Shown: in pieces, positions 40,452 through 55,700 of the stretch
Position numbering within the stretch: the stretch's first letter is position 1
How the letters are laid out: every line of letters begins with the position of its first letter
Source of the DNA: Octopus vulgaris
Lineage: Eukaryota
Assembly: GCA_951406725.2 (NCBI GenBank)
Contig: OX597820.1
Span: forward strand, 23,312,001 to 23,376,000
Direction: 5' to 3'
DNA: 64,000 bases
Translations under genes and position numbers: made by a program
The notes under the pieces: generated by a model
Told to the model about the DNA's origin: nothing
Database searches by the model: none
Seen by the model: the letters and a program-made list of their open reading frames with translations, nothing else

Positions 40452-41546
40452 TAACAACAACAGCACTAAGACAGGACATGTGTGATACAGTAATTTCAGT
40501 TACTAAGTAAACTGATAACCTAGTTAGTGTATTTATTTATCTAATCTTTATAGTAAATTCAATGTCTATAGTCTGGTAAGGAGAACCTTGATTAGCAAAG
40601 CAACCTTTGTTATGATAATTCATAACAGCTTGACTTACACACTATGACTTAATCTGTATACAAGTCACACTTGACTGGTTGAAGAAAAATCTTTTGTTTT
40701 TCAATTAATCCAACAAGCTTCAATGGTCCAGAGGAGAAATGAAGAGAATTTAATTATTTATTAATTTCTTATTAGGCTATGAAGCTGTAATGTGCCTCAG
40801 TAGATCCATATACTAGTGCACAGCCTATCAGCCAGAGACACAGGCAGGTACAGCACTAAGCACAAGATATATTTTTAACATAATATATAATCTAATTGTT
40901 ACCTTATCGACACCTCGGAAGAAGTAATAAAGTTCAAGTTAAACAATAAGAGATTAATAACAGAAGAATGTATGTTACTGTTCCTAATGTAAGGATGGTA
41001 CGTGGTTAAGGAAAACATCAGGATCAGCAAATTTTGACTTTACACTACATTCTTGATCTCATTATCAATAAGCTGTCCTAGCTTTCACTTGAAAGTATTC
41101 ACATTTTGTGTGGCTTTGACATCATCAGGCAAACCATTGTATGTAGAACATGCAGCAAAATCTAACATTATTTATTTATTTATTTATCAGGAAAGTGAGT
41201 ATTAGACAATCCAAATAACCAGTCTCTGGTGTTTGGCATGCTTTATCCTTTATCTTACTTGTTTCAGTCATCTGACTGCAGCCATGCTGGAGCACCGCCT
41301 TTTAGTCGAGCAAATCAACCCCAGGACATATTCTTTGTAAGCCTAGTACTTATTCTCGCAGTCTCTTTTGCCGATCACCATCGGTTGTCAAGCGATGTTG
41401 GGGGGGGGAGACAAACACACATATATATACAATGGGCTTCTTTCAGTTTCCGTCTACCAAATCCACTCACAAGGCTTTGGTCAGCCCGAGGCTATAGTAG
41501 AAGACACATTTATTTTTTCCTTGTTATTTGTGCACATTGAAAAAAT

Positions 41547-41579
<33 letters not shown>

Positions 41580-44500
41580 ACGGGCTTCTTTCAGTTTCTA
41601 TCTACCAAATTCACTCACAAAAATTTGGTTGGCTTGAGGCTATAGTAAAAGACACTTGCCCAAGATGCCATACAGTGGGACTGAACATAGAACCATGTGG
41701 TTAGGAGGCAAGCTTCTTACCACACAACCATGCCTAAAAAAACGTATGCAGTTGAGGGTAACTTATCAGCATGTACCATGTTTTTTAGGTGCCTTTGTTG
41801 TTGAGTAAGCACAGATACTCTTTCAATCAATCCACTTTTAATCCAATAGAACATCTAGGATGTAATAGGAAGGAGAGAGAGCAGCATCAGTACAGGAGAT
41901 TGTACTTCATTCATTGATACCAAAAGGATTAAAAGCAGATCTGACCCTGGTAGGATTTGAACTCAGAGCGCAGAGAACTAGAACAAATATCATAATGCAC
42001 TCTAACAACTTTTACTGACCCCAAAACAAAGAAAGGCAAAGTCAACCTTGGTATGAATGCAAAAATGGACAAAATGCCACTAAGCACTTTGTCCAGCATG
42101 CTAATGATTCTGCCAGCTTGTTACTTTAATGATGATGATGATGATGACGACAATGTCGATGATGCCTTTGGCTTTTTCCTATCCAAGGAGTTTTTTTTAA
42201 CCCAATATCTAACATTATTAACTATAGTTTTATCTACTTCTTTAAAAACAATTGATTTCATATCTCTTGAAATTTCCAAAATTCTTATGATGTGAATAAT
42301 AGCAGTTTCCACTTTCGATAAAGCCTAATCATATGACCAGAAATTGAGAATTATATGAAATAATCTAGAATTAACATGTAAGTAGTGGGAAAATTTAAGT
42401 TACCCATTTCTACCAGTTTTATTCATATCAAGACAGAATTTTTCCTATAAGATTAGATGGAGATCTGAAATAGAATGAGTTTACACAAGAATATGTTTCT
42501 TTGTCTAAAAATACACAATCTTATCTTTTACTTGTTTCAGTCATTAGACTGCAGTCATGTTGGGGTACCACCTTGAAGGATTTAGCTCAGGAGTCCCCAA
42601 ACTTTTTAGACCATTGACCCCTTCATGGAATCCTTGACCCCACCTCATCGACCCCCTCCCACGCCATGCTTGTACAATCATTATCATCATCATCATCGTT
42701 TAACGTCTGCTTTCCATGCTAGCATGGGTTGGAAGATTTGACTGAGGACTGGCGAACCAGATGGCTGCACCAGACTCCAATCTGATCTGGCAGAGTTTCT
42801 ACAGCTGGCTGCCCTTCCTAATGCCAGCTACTCCAAGAGTGTAGTGGGTACTTTTATGTGCCACCGGCACAAGGGCCAGTGCATTTATCAACCTCTTGAA
42901 TAGTCCTATCGAACTTCAGGGGTCAATATTGACCACTTTGGAGAACCCTGGTTTAGTTGAACAAATCAACTTATGTCTGGTATTTATTTTATAGATCTCT
43001 TTCATTGAATTGCTAAGTTACAGGAATGAAAGCAAACCAACACCAGTTGTCAAGCAGTAGTGGGGAGGACACAAAAACACACACACATACCGTTACTTTC
43101 AACCAAATTCACTCCCGAGACATTAGTGGCTCAGGGCTAATAGTAGAAAATACTCATTTATACAAGCAAGGTTGATATTTCCTGTCTTCTGTGAAAAACA
43201 TGTCTGACTAAGGAAAAATATTACCTTGCTTGGAAATAGGTAGAAGATCAAATGAGGAAAAATTTTCATTGAACCCATGCAAACATGGAAAAATGGATGT
43301 TAAATTTTATAAAAGGCAACTCTTCACAATTTTCATGCCAACTGGCTCTACTCCTTACAACAAAATCCTACACTCTTGAATCTCATTTGACATTCTCAAC
43401 ATTTGCAAAAGCTCACATACGTAAACATTGAAGAATTTAAATCTTCTTGGTCATTATGATTACTTATTTCCATAATGTATACAACCTTTTTGACAATAAA
43501 GGTGACACAGATGATAAGGTAAGATAAGATAAAATTTTTATCTCTGAGTTTGAAACTACAGTGTAGAAAAAATACTAACATCATTCAAAAAATATCTCCA
43601 AATCACATGCGATATAAATTTTCAATGAGTGAAGATAAAAACCAACTAAAACTTACACTTGAAGACTGAATCATGAAAATGATAACTCTCATGCACATGG
43701 TTATCGCTTACATGAAGAAATAATATATTTGTCCTCCTCCTCCTCTTCCTCATCATCGTTTAACGTCCGCTTTCCATGCTAGCATGGGTTGCACAATTTG
43801 ACTGAGGTCTGGTGAACCAGATGGCTGCACCAGGCTCCAATCTGATCTGGAAGAGTTTCTACAGCTGGATGCCCTTCCTAACGCCAACCACTCTGAGAGT
43901 GTAGTGGATGCTTTTACGTACCACTGGCATGAGGGCCAGTCAGGCGGTACTGGCAAAGGCCACGTTCAAATGGTGTTTTTATGTGCCACCTACACAGGAG
44001 CCAGTCCAGCGACACTGGTAACGACCTCCATTCAATAAAACAATTTTATTTGGTTGTTCAACTCCTAAACACTATATTATCATGGCAATAATAAGCCACT
44101 ATGCCTCCATTTCAAATATCATCATGATTATTATCATCATTTAATATCCACTTTCCCATGCTTGCATGGTTCAGATGGAATTTGTTGAGGCAGATTTTCT
44201 ACAGCCAAAACCCTTCCTGTCACCAAACTTGACCTGTTTCCAAGCAGGTGGCACATAAAAAGACACCATTTGAACATTTCCGTTGCTAGTACCACCTGAC
44301 TGGTCCTCGTGCCGGTGGCATGTAAAAACACCCACTACACTCTCAGAGTGGTTGACGTTAGGAAGGGCATACAGCTGTAGAAACTCTGCCAGATCAGACT
44401 GGAGTCTGGTGCAGCTATCTGGTTCACCAAACCTCAGTCAATCGTCCAACACATGCTAGCATGGAAAGCAGACACTAAACAATGATGATGATGATTTGTA

Positions 44501-47500
44501 TAACACTTATTTACAACCACCACATGATGTCTAGTCAAAGGTACAAACAATCACATATATATTATTACTAAATTCTGGTTTCAAATTTTAGCACAAAGCC
44601 AGCAATTCAGGGATGCAGGTAAGTTAATTACACTGACCCCAGTGCTTATTGACCCTAAAAGGATGTAATGCCAAGTTGAACTTGGTGGAACTTGAACTCA
44701 GGATGTAAAGACAGACAAAATGTTAAGCATTTTTCTCAGGGTGCTAATAATTCTGCTAGCACGCGACCTTAATATTACTAAATATTATAATCATTTTATC
44801 ATGAAATGATAAAATACTGTGTTGTCAAATGAGAAGAATACACAATACTGTAATGCACCCAAGTGGTTCCATCTAATGTTAAATTTAAGGGACAGTCATC
44901 TTTGAACCCCAGGGGATTGCTAATGAATGTAATATACTTAACACTCAATCTTTCATCTATCAAGTTCTTGTTTACCTTACCTGGGACAAAGATACTCTTT
45001 TACTTGTTTCAGTCATTTGACTGCGGCCATGCTGGAGTACCGCCTTTAGTTGAGTAAATCGACCCCAAAACTTATTCTTTGTAAGCCTAGTACTTATTCT
45101 ATCAGTCTCTTTTGCCGAACTGCTAAGTTACGGGGACATAAACACACCAGCATCGGTTGTCAAGCGATGTTGGGGGACAAACACACACACACACACACAC
45201 ACATATACGACAGGCTTCTTTCAGTTTCCGTCTACCAAATCCACTCACAAGGCTTTGGTCGGCCCGAGGTGGAGACTTGGCTATGTTGTTAAGAAGCTCA
45301 CTTTACAATTATATGGTTTCAGGTTCAGTCCCATTACATGACACCTAGGGTGTCTTCTACTATATAACCTCAAGCCAAGAAAAACCTTGTGAAGCCCACT
45401 ATGTAAAATTTAATGTGTGTCTTTGCATTTGTCTCTCTCCACCATTTAACCGGTGTTGGTTTGTTTACATCCCTGTAACTGAGTGGTTTGGCGAAAGAAA
45501 CTGATAAAATAAGTATCAGATTCAAAAATAGGTATGGTGATCAATTTATTTACCTAAACCCTTCAAAGCTGTGCCCCAGCATGGCTGCAGTCCAATGACA
45601 GACACAAGTAAAAGATAAAGATATATATTTCAATAAACTTCAGCTAATAAAATTGAGATGGGACACTGTCAAGATTTCTGAGAAATTTCAAACAGCAATG
45701 TAGGTCTGTACACACATACACACCAATTTATGCAGTCTGATAGAAACTGAAAGCAGAAATGCAAATAATATAGTTTTTTTTTTCTTATTAATGATATAAA
45801 CATAATTTTTCTTTCATGTATATTTTTAGCCAGAGATTTGTGCTAAATCCTGTGACGGGACCAGAAAATATATTTCATGAGATTTATAATGGTCACACAC
45901 ATAAAGCCCTCATCTTTAATATCTCTCCTTAAAATATGGTAATATTCAATGTCATACATTACTGGAAGTAGGCAGTTTGTAGGCCATCTAACTAAATCTT
46001 AAACCTAACTACTGTATTTATGTACATATATATTCTTACCACGTTCATTATGATAATATCTTAACTGTTCAAGAACATGTTCTGCAGCACAGATCTTCGC
46101 TTCCTCTATAGTACGGCTGAATACTCTTGGTTGCCATCCATTTGTATATGGTATATGAGAACCAGATAAACTAGATAGAGTGACCTACAAGAGAAAACGA
46201 AAAAATAAATAAGAAGCAATTAATTAAATGACAGTAATAAATTTATTTGTTGAGAAGAGTAACTCCACTGATCCATTGTGAAAGAATTTGTATTATCTTT
46301 TATCTATTTCAATTATGAGTTTTACATGACTGTGGCCATGCTGGGGCACTGCTTTGAAAAATTTTAAAGTCAAATGAATCAACCCCAGTACTTTTTTTTT
46401 TGTTTGCTTTAAGCCTGGTCCTTATTCTATCAGTCTCTGTTGCCGAACTGCTAAGTTATGGGGATGCAAACATACCAACATCAGTTGTGAGACGGTGGTG
46501 AGGGACAAACAGACACAAAGACACACACACGCACAGACATATATATACACAAACACAATGGTCTTTTAGTTTCCTTCAACCAAATCCACTCACAAGGCTT
46601 TGGTAGTAGATGACATTTTCCCCAAGTACAAGTAATGGGATTGAACCTTGACCAGGTGATTAGGAAGCAAACTTCTTACCACACAGCCACATCTGTGCCT
46701 TTTATTTTTGTTTCGTTATTTTATGGCCAGGTCAGAGGAAGAAAGGGTTGTAATGCCATGACCCTTTTGCATGATCTCTAACACAGGTGAGAGAAAAGAA
46801 AGAAACAACTCACAGACAGGAGAACTAGTATAAATACTTGAGACAGAATGTGTTCTTTCAGTCTCTTGGCTCGACCACTAAGTCACAAAGAAGTAAACAA
46901 ACCAACACCAGTTATCAAACAGTGGGGAGGGGACAAACATAAACACAATGACAAAGACACACACTACAACAGGTTTTCCATGTAGTTTGTCTACTAATGT
47001 TCATTCACAAAACATTGGTTGGGTCTGGGCTATAGTAGAAGACACTCATTGAGACTGAACCAGAAAACACATGCATTCATATCTATTATATTATTGATGA
47101 CAGACAAAATTCATTTGGCAAGATTTGTACTCACAACATAAAAGGAACAGAACAAAATTTCAAAACAGTAAGTTCATGTGCTCAACGAAAATATTTTTCT
47201 TTTTATTAAAAACACAATTACCTTGAAAATATAACATAGATAACCATTGATATTGGTAGTTAATAGATGATAAATTGGCGTGCCCCATCCATTCTTTAAA
47301 CATATATTCTCTAAAACCTGGAAACAGAATCAAAACAAAAAAACAGTAGATAATTAATTTTAAAATGGCAACGAAATAATTAGCCTAAAGGAGGTTCATA
47401 AATCTGATGTTTAGCTCCAGATTCAATAGTATTAAGCCAATGAGAAATGTGTTCCATCTTGAATAGGATGCCAATATCACAAGTAATATTAATCCTTTGG

Positions 47501-50500
47501 CATTCAGATCTCTCTGTCAAAAGGTAATGCTTATTTATCCGCATTATTTTGAATTTATAATGCATTATCTTGCAGCTTTGAGATTTCAAGGACAAGATTG
47601 CTTCTTTTTATATTGACATTGTAGGGTAGGTGCAAGAGGGTGGATCCGGCCAGTTTTAACATAACATAAAAGAGGTAGAATATTTTGGCCAGATATGGTC
47701 GGTTTAAATGCTAAAGATTTAATAGAGGAGAACTGAGGCACAAAGACTCAGAAAAATACATAGAGCTAATACAAACTTTCCTTATTATTACTGAGCCCCT
47801 GGTTAGTCCTCACTGAGTAGAATATCTTCATTTTTTTCCTTTTTTAAGTCATAAAATATCTTGAATCACATTATTCAGTGTCTTCCTTTTAAGATGAGAA
47901 TAGTAGAATGCGATCGGTATGGGGAGACTTTTCTGCTATATCTAGCAAACTGAACTTAATGACTCTACTCAAGAAATAGCACTGTCTTTTGGTAATAATC
48001 CAAAATATAGTAAATAATAAGGCAAATAAATTATAATTTTTGTTTTTTGCTGCCCTAGTCAATGCACAGTAGTAAATGTTTAAACTTATTTAAGTAGGAT
48101 TAGTGTCGTTTGAATTCTAAACTTTATTCTAAGTATAGATTAGCAGTTAGGATGTGGCACTCATGATTATAAGATTTGAGGTTGATTCATAATATGAGTG
48201 GTGCATTGTCCACTTCTTCTTCATCACTAGGCTGACTTTCTATGGCTGGATGCCCTTCCTGTTCTTTTACATAGCTGTCAGTCCTGATGGTGGTGCAATA
48301 TGTATAGATCACTGCTATTGTCATGTTACTTGTGATGACTCCAAGCTTAATTATTTTGTTACTTAATCTGACAATCTGAATTATTTTATCTATCCATTTG
48401 CCTTGAAACAATATGCATTCATTTGTCTGCCAACAATGTGCATGCCCCAATGATGTTGCTCACCCAGAAGAATTTGTACCCGTGTTCATTGCTCATAAAG
48501 CCCCTCTCTATTTTACCTCTGGTACACACTACATGTCAACTCAACTTAGCCTCTCTACAAAATCTCTCCAGATTTACCTTTCATTGCATCAACAGTTTGA
48601 TGAAAAGTTTCAATTATTAATTTTTATAGTAATTATTAGAACAAGTTTGAAATATTAAAATCATTAGAAGTATTGACTTTTTCACACACACACACACACA
48701 AAAAAAGAAAGAAAACCCCCATGCAAAACCGATTTCTTTTAGATGTTTCAATTAAATCATAAACTAAGCTGATAGCACACATAACAAAAAAGAAAAACAA
48801 AATGAAAGGAAAAATGAAATTCATAGAGAAATATTCTTACAGAGTAAGCACCACATAAATATGATGTAATGGTTCCACAGAAAGATATAGCAGAGAGAAT
48901 TCTAAATACTTTTTCTAGGCTCATAGATTCAATCTAACAAGCTGACAACATATCTGTGAACTTTCTCACCATATAGCATCTACTTTCCTGAGCTGGACAA
49001 GCTAGATGAACTAGTTCATAAAAGTCCCGTGTTTGCTAGGGGATACAGTGTAATGCAAATGATGGGTAAATCAGTATTTTATTGGTTTGAAAAGCTTTTA
49101 CTTTCCTTTATGTATTAATAGCATTCAATATGTGCTGTTCTCAACTCCTTAGAATGGGCAAGTTAGCAGATGACTCATAAAATAGAGATTCCACATTATG
49201 ACAGTTTTAGAGTCTCTGGTAAGGCCAACTCCAATATGGAGGTGATTAAAACACTTAAACTAGCCCTTTGTTAACATTCCACATTTCAAATTTTCTGCTG
49301 GATCCATCTTCATATCTGGCATTGATGGAATTCTAAAGGCAAATACAGTAGGAGTTTCCCATATGTAATAACATAAATTGGGGGAAAAAAAATTAGAGGA
49401 ACTGAGATTATCTATGCAATTAGCAAACAAAAATTAGGAGCATATACACAAGACCATGCTGTATGGCTGTGAAGTAAGAAGCTTGCTTCCCAACCACAAG
49501 GTCTTAGGGTTCAGTCCTGCAGCATGACACTTGGGAAAGTGTCTTCTACTATAGCCGTGGGCTGACCAAAACCATGTGAGTCTGGTAGATGGAAACTGTA
49601 AGAAGCCCATTGTGTGTGTGAGCGTGTGTTACTGTCTACTTGCCTTACTTCATATGATAATCATAAACGACAGTCACCATCATGCAAGCAGTGTCCTTCA
49701 TTATCAATCTTTTGTGAAACCATGTCTGCTCTGCTCTTGGGAAATATAATCTTACTTGGAAACAGCAGGTGACGGTTGGCAACAGGAAGAGTATCCATTT
49801 GTAAAAAATATGCATCAATAAATTGTGTCCAGCCCATATCAACAAGGGAAAGTCGACAGTAAACAAGGATGATAAAGAATGCTCCCTTGAAGTACTTTCT
49901 CTTCAACCCCAATGGTTGATATTTATGTATTACTGTAACAATATTCCCTCAATTTCTATAGTTATATACTGATCATTTAAGATTTGCCAACTGAATAGAA
50001 TTTTACTGGGGAGCTCTAATAAGACTGAAACATGTCTATTGCTTTCACCGCTCCCATACTCCATATTCCACATTTTCCTAACATTTTCAGTCAATTCATC
50101 TATGAGTTATCTTCCTTATTTGTTATTCTTAGATATCCATCAGAGGAAAACTTTGAATTGTTTAGACAATCTCATTTTTACACGTTGCAATGTTACTAAG
50201 TGAAACTATCATATTGGTATCTCTTCATGAATTCCTACATTAAATGACTAGTATTAGTAAAGACGCCCAATAATAAATACAATACGCTACCATGCAGAGA
50301 TAAATATAAAACAACAAACAAATAAAGTGAGAGATTTTACTAATTATTTTACAACAGGACATATTATTACTTTTTATCATATTAGGTTAGCTTATTTATA
50401 TTATAAATCACTTATCTATAAGGATACTGGAAAAGGAAATCAAACAACTTTGAAAACATTTATAAAATAGGTGAGTACTTCACAGAACAACAATGCACTC

Positions 50501-52723
50501 ACGACAATAAATCTAATGCTCAAGTAAACAGATATGTTTGCCAGAACCATTTCTGCCTGTATTCAAGTATATTCTCTGTTTTACTCAACATAATGCATTC
50601 TAGAATAATGTAGAATAATAGTAGGCACAAGGACTGAAATTTTGCAAAAGGTTGACTGCATCAACCCCAGTACATATCTCATTGACCCTGAAAGGATAAA
50701 AGGCAAAGTTGACCTTGGCAGAATTAGAACTCAGAATGTAAAAAGCTGGAAGAAATGCCTCTATGCTAATGATTCTGCTAGCTCACTGCCGCCGCCGCTG
50801 GCAGCAGTAACAGCAACCATTCAAGAATTTGGACCTAGAGCAGTGACTTCGAGGGCCACCTCCCAGTGGTGTTGGGCGTCAATGAAGAGCCCTCGACTAC
50901 AACAAGATGATCAAAGTTTTTTTTTCTCCCCAAGGTCTGGGGTCTCTCGCCCCTAAGCCCTAGACCATCACCTAATCACCCTTACCCATCTTGTTGCTTA
51001 ACAACAACAACAATAATAATTGCCCTGATGCAGTACCAGACAGTGGCTCTCATGGCTTCTTATCTCAACTGATGCAGAAACAAACATCAACCAACCCACC
51101 TGCCAATGGATACTGTCTACTTTGTTTGAAGCAAAACATTTAAGGCTACTACCATTAGTGTTGGCACAGTCAATAGTAGGTCTTCAGAGATTGCAGGAAT
51201 GCTAGAGTGGAGGTGAGAAGAGATGTGCTGTGTACAAGGAGCAAGGTGGAAGGGAGCCTTAGTCATACTCCTCATGGACAAGAAACAAAGGTACTAATTT
51301 TTCTGGGTAAGTAACAATGCTAAGGTAGAAGGAGTAGGCATACTGTTGGCAGAGAAATAAATAGCTTGAGTAATTTAGGCAAGCAGAATATGTGACAACA
51401 ATCAAGTTTAGACTTATCATAGGCAATACAAAAGCAACAGTGGTGTCTGCATTGTACACCAATCAAGACTACTATAATGGCTGGTGATTGAAAGATATTT
51501 CAAGAAATAATGTTGATGGCCCCCCTCCAATGTGCAGCCTTTTCTGTTTATCATATTTCTCTATGCCATAATACAAGAGTTTAAGATTGGCTGTTCTTGG
51601 GAATTTCTCTGTGCCGATGACCTGGGGTTTATAGCTGAATTAGTTTAAAGAATTGGAGAAGAAATTCCAAACGTAGAAGCAAAGTCTAGAATCATGTGGC
51701 CCAAAGTATATTTAACAACAATAATAGTTAATTAGTAAAGAAACAGGACTACTCATATCAAGAATGTGACCCTACTCAATGTGCAGTAAAGGAGTTGACA
51801 GAAATGACCCAATTTAAGCTATGCTTACACAAGAGGCATACTGAAGTATGGTGGGATTACAGGCAGGCTAAGAGAGAAGAAAGGTTTTGTATGCTGTAGA
51901 TTCACAGGAGTATTTAGTAGTAAGAACAATGTTGAAATAGATTCTTTCAAATGAAAATTCCAAAAGCATAGCAGCCACAGAAAGTAGAGAGAGAGTTTAA
52001 GGAGCAGTTACTTTTACTAGTAACAAATGGATTCTCTGTGACAATAACAAGCTGGTTATATGATACTTGTGTACAAAGTACAATAGTGCATCATAGAGGG
52101 CACAGAATGTAGATGTATGAAGGATGGAAAAAAATTTAGTGAGCATGCTCCACAAGATGTACAATGTTAGTATGTATGGATGGATGGATGGCAGAGCATA
52201 TTTGAACTGAGAGAGAAACTAGATATAAAAGGAATTAAATGCCATGTCCAAGGAAGAAGACTGCCCTGGTATGGGACAAGTTATGTGCATGAATGATGAC
52301 AGCTGGATAAAGATGTGCCAAATGATTCAAGTGGAAGGAACTTGTGGAGGAAGAAAATGAATAAAACATGTGAAGTGTTGAAGGTGAGCTTTAGAGGTTG
52401 TAAACCTTATGGAGACGTCAAAGGATAATAGGTAGTAAGACTGTGCTATAGAAGACCTGTCTAATCCATGCAAATATAGAAAAACTGTTGATGTTGACAA
52501 TGACAACAATGATGGGGATGTTTTTTTGTTATATATTACTGAAAATTAGAAAATCATACGTATGGCTGTTGTTATTTACTAGGCTTTTGTATTTCAATAA
52601 TTATATAATGAATCTCACACCTGCAAACGGAGCATACTTCTAAGATGCAGAAAAGAACTAAGAAATAGGTTTGAGAGATAGATAGATAGATACAGAGATA
52701 TAGACTGAGAAATTGAGAGAGAG

Positions 52724-52791
<68 letters not shown>

Positions 52792-55700
52792 ATGTATATG
52801 TATATTCTAATGCACATAACATTTGTGAACTGCACAGAGTATTTATAAAAAAAAGGACAAACCTCAATAGCTTTATTGTAATAGGCAGGTCGAGAATAGG
52901 TTAATGGCAGTTGCCCATACTTCAGATTACCAGCAGCTCGCAAACCAGCAGCACTCCTTCCACGTCCAACATTACGATTCAAATTCTTAGACATCATGTT
53001 ATAATCCCAGTTTTCTAAACACCTGGAGAATAAAACACTTTAGTGATACATTACATAATCGATTTTGCCACTGATGTTAATTTTTTTCAGTCATGTCACA
53101 CACAAAACAAAAGTACAGCTTCAATTCTAATAAAGATTTCTTACAAATTGAGTTATGGAAAAAAAATGACTTTAAGGAATGAGCATTCCCTCATGCCCAG
53201 CCCAAGGGAACTTCTGCTTTTGATGTGCTGCAATTCCAGCATTCACTCTATTCTGTTCTTAAATTATTTCAATTTGGACATGCTCCAACAAAGATATTCC
53301 TAGCATGGATCTTTCCATGGCTCTCCATGTTGTAACTAGTTGCTGATCTTTCTTCTTTGTAGTAGCCCATGTCTCACTTGTGTTAAAAAGCAAAAGCCCG
53401 ATTATAATATTGAAGAGGTTGGCATGCAAAATCTTGTCCATCTGTGCTTTAAGAACATCTTTAATCAAAGCAAACACCTTCCAACTTGCTCTTACTTTAC
53501 CCAAGATTTCAGCTTACATCTCTCTGCATACATTTACTGTCTTGATGTACTTGTTCACTGCCTCAATTTTATCACTTCCTACCATTATTTGGCCTTGTGA
53601 TGTTTTTAGGCCACGTGTGTTTTGTTTCCATGCAGTTTATTTTGAAGCTCACTGCTGAGCTCTGGGTGTCCAGCTCTATCAGCAAAGTTTGTAGCTGCTC
53701 TGAGGCTTCTAACGATGAGCATGATTCTGCCTGTGAATCAGGTGTGTAATAGCTTACCATTGGTGTTAACACCACCTTTCCAATCAATGCATCTGATGTC
53801 TATATAAAGATATACAGTGAAGAGCTTTGGAGACGTGGTATCTCCTTGTTTGACACCCTTCCCAACTGGAACTTTTACAGCTAGTAAGTATCAGCAGAGC
53901 ATTATCAGTGTTATATCCTGAGTTTGTCTTCCTGAGAAGTTTAATATATTGTATCTCTCAACTCATAACATCTCTCGAGACTTCAGCACTGCATTTTCAA
54001 CACTAACAAAGGCCTTTCTTTAATCAATGAAGGCAACAATGAGACACCTGATATATTTTTGCTTATTTGTGAAACTGTGTTAGAGGGAATACAAGGTCTA
54101 CCCAAGTCAAGGTTCTTCCAAACCCTCTCACTCCCTTGGCTTTTGGTCACTGAGATGTTTATATAGTCTAGTGACTATTACTTCTCTAAACAGCATGTAG
54201 AGATGAGACAAGAGACAAATGGGGCAATAGGTTCTCAGCTCTTCCCTATCAATAATAAATCTCTGAGCGAGGTAATATACTTCACGATCTTCCCTATCAC
54301 CCATCGTTTAAAGCAAGATAGTATTCAACTTTGTCCTCAACAAGGGTATTTTTCCCCTCTTTCAAACATCGATAGTAACATAGAATGAGAATTTTCTATA
54401 GCTACTGTCTTCCACTCCTTAACATTTCCATTACCATACCAATTATTATTATCATTATTATTAATTTTCTTTCTTACCTATTAGTTGGAGCTGATAATGG
54501 TTGGCATAATTCTAAACCTCCGTATGAGTTCTAGACAAGAATGGAAAGTAAAATATTGATTAGCTATACTGGCAACAATTTACATCAAAACAAATTCATA
54601 TAACAGAGATTCCTGTAACACATGAAGATGTTTAAGACTATATCACATTCATCTAAAAGAAAAGTAGTCATTATTAATAAGTAATGTACTGATTACACTG
54701 GATCTTAGAGAAATGTGTACTAGACTTTAAAAATATTTATAAAAAAAAAATACAGTTAAATGTTGTTTATTGGACATTTTGTATGTTGTTGCATAGGTGA
54801 GTCAGGATTAACTCCTTAGCATTCAGATTAATCCTTTAGTATTCAGATTTCTTTGTCAAATGTATTAACTATTAATTCACATTGTTTTGAATTAATCAGG
54901 CATTATTTTGGAGCTTCAAGATTTCAAAGTGTGTTTGTATATTTTTAGAATGGCATTGTAAGGTAGGTGTGAGAAGTTGGATTAGGTCAATTTTAACAAA
55001 AAACAGGGAGACTATTTGGGCCGGATTAAATGCTAAAGGGTAAATCTGTCAAATGTAATGCTTAATAAATAAGTCATAGTTTTGAATTAATCATGCATTA
55101 ATCTTGCTGCCTTGAGATTTTGATGATATGATTATTTTTAGAATGACACTGTAGGGTAGGTGTAAGAGGCCAAATCTGGCTGATTTGAACACAAAACGAA
55201 TAGGATATTTGGTGTGGATATGGACAGTTTAAATGCCAAAGAGTTAAACAGACACTGAAGTTAAAGAGGATCAAGGGTTTGATCGTTTCCCTTTGTTTCC
55301 ACACACAGTGTGATATGAAATACATCGTTATTCACTTTCTCAGTCAAGTAAGAAAATGATTTTTAGCAAATCAAACAACCATGTAAGAATTCACTTTTTG
55401 CATAAATTTTACAAGCGTACAAATTATCTCAAGGTTGGTGGATTAACATAATGATTAGTTAGAAAGTTGTAAAAAAAATGCTTTCTGGTATTTTTTCTGG
55501 CTCTTTTAACGTTCCATGTTGAAATCCTACCAAAAGTCAGCTTTATCTTTCACTCTTCCGGGGTTAATAAAATAAATTACCAGTCATGTAATAGAGAGCG
55601 TAGCATTGACTAATTCCTCCCCCCAAATCTTTGTTCATGTGAACATGTTAGAAATTATATGCTTCATTTATGCCAGTCATGCTATTGGATAAGCCTGAAT

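Noticed and set aside
49255-49345. Possible extra exon of the host gene
   Set aside because: An acceptor-like site exists, but frames hit stops and exons 52863 and 47317 already join in frame with correct domain continuity.
52572-52862. C-terminal part of the 141-aa ORF
   Set aside because: It is read-through past the splice donor into intron and (AGAT)n.
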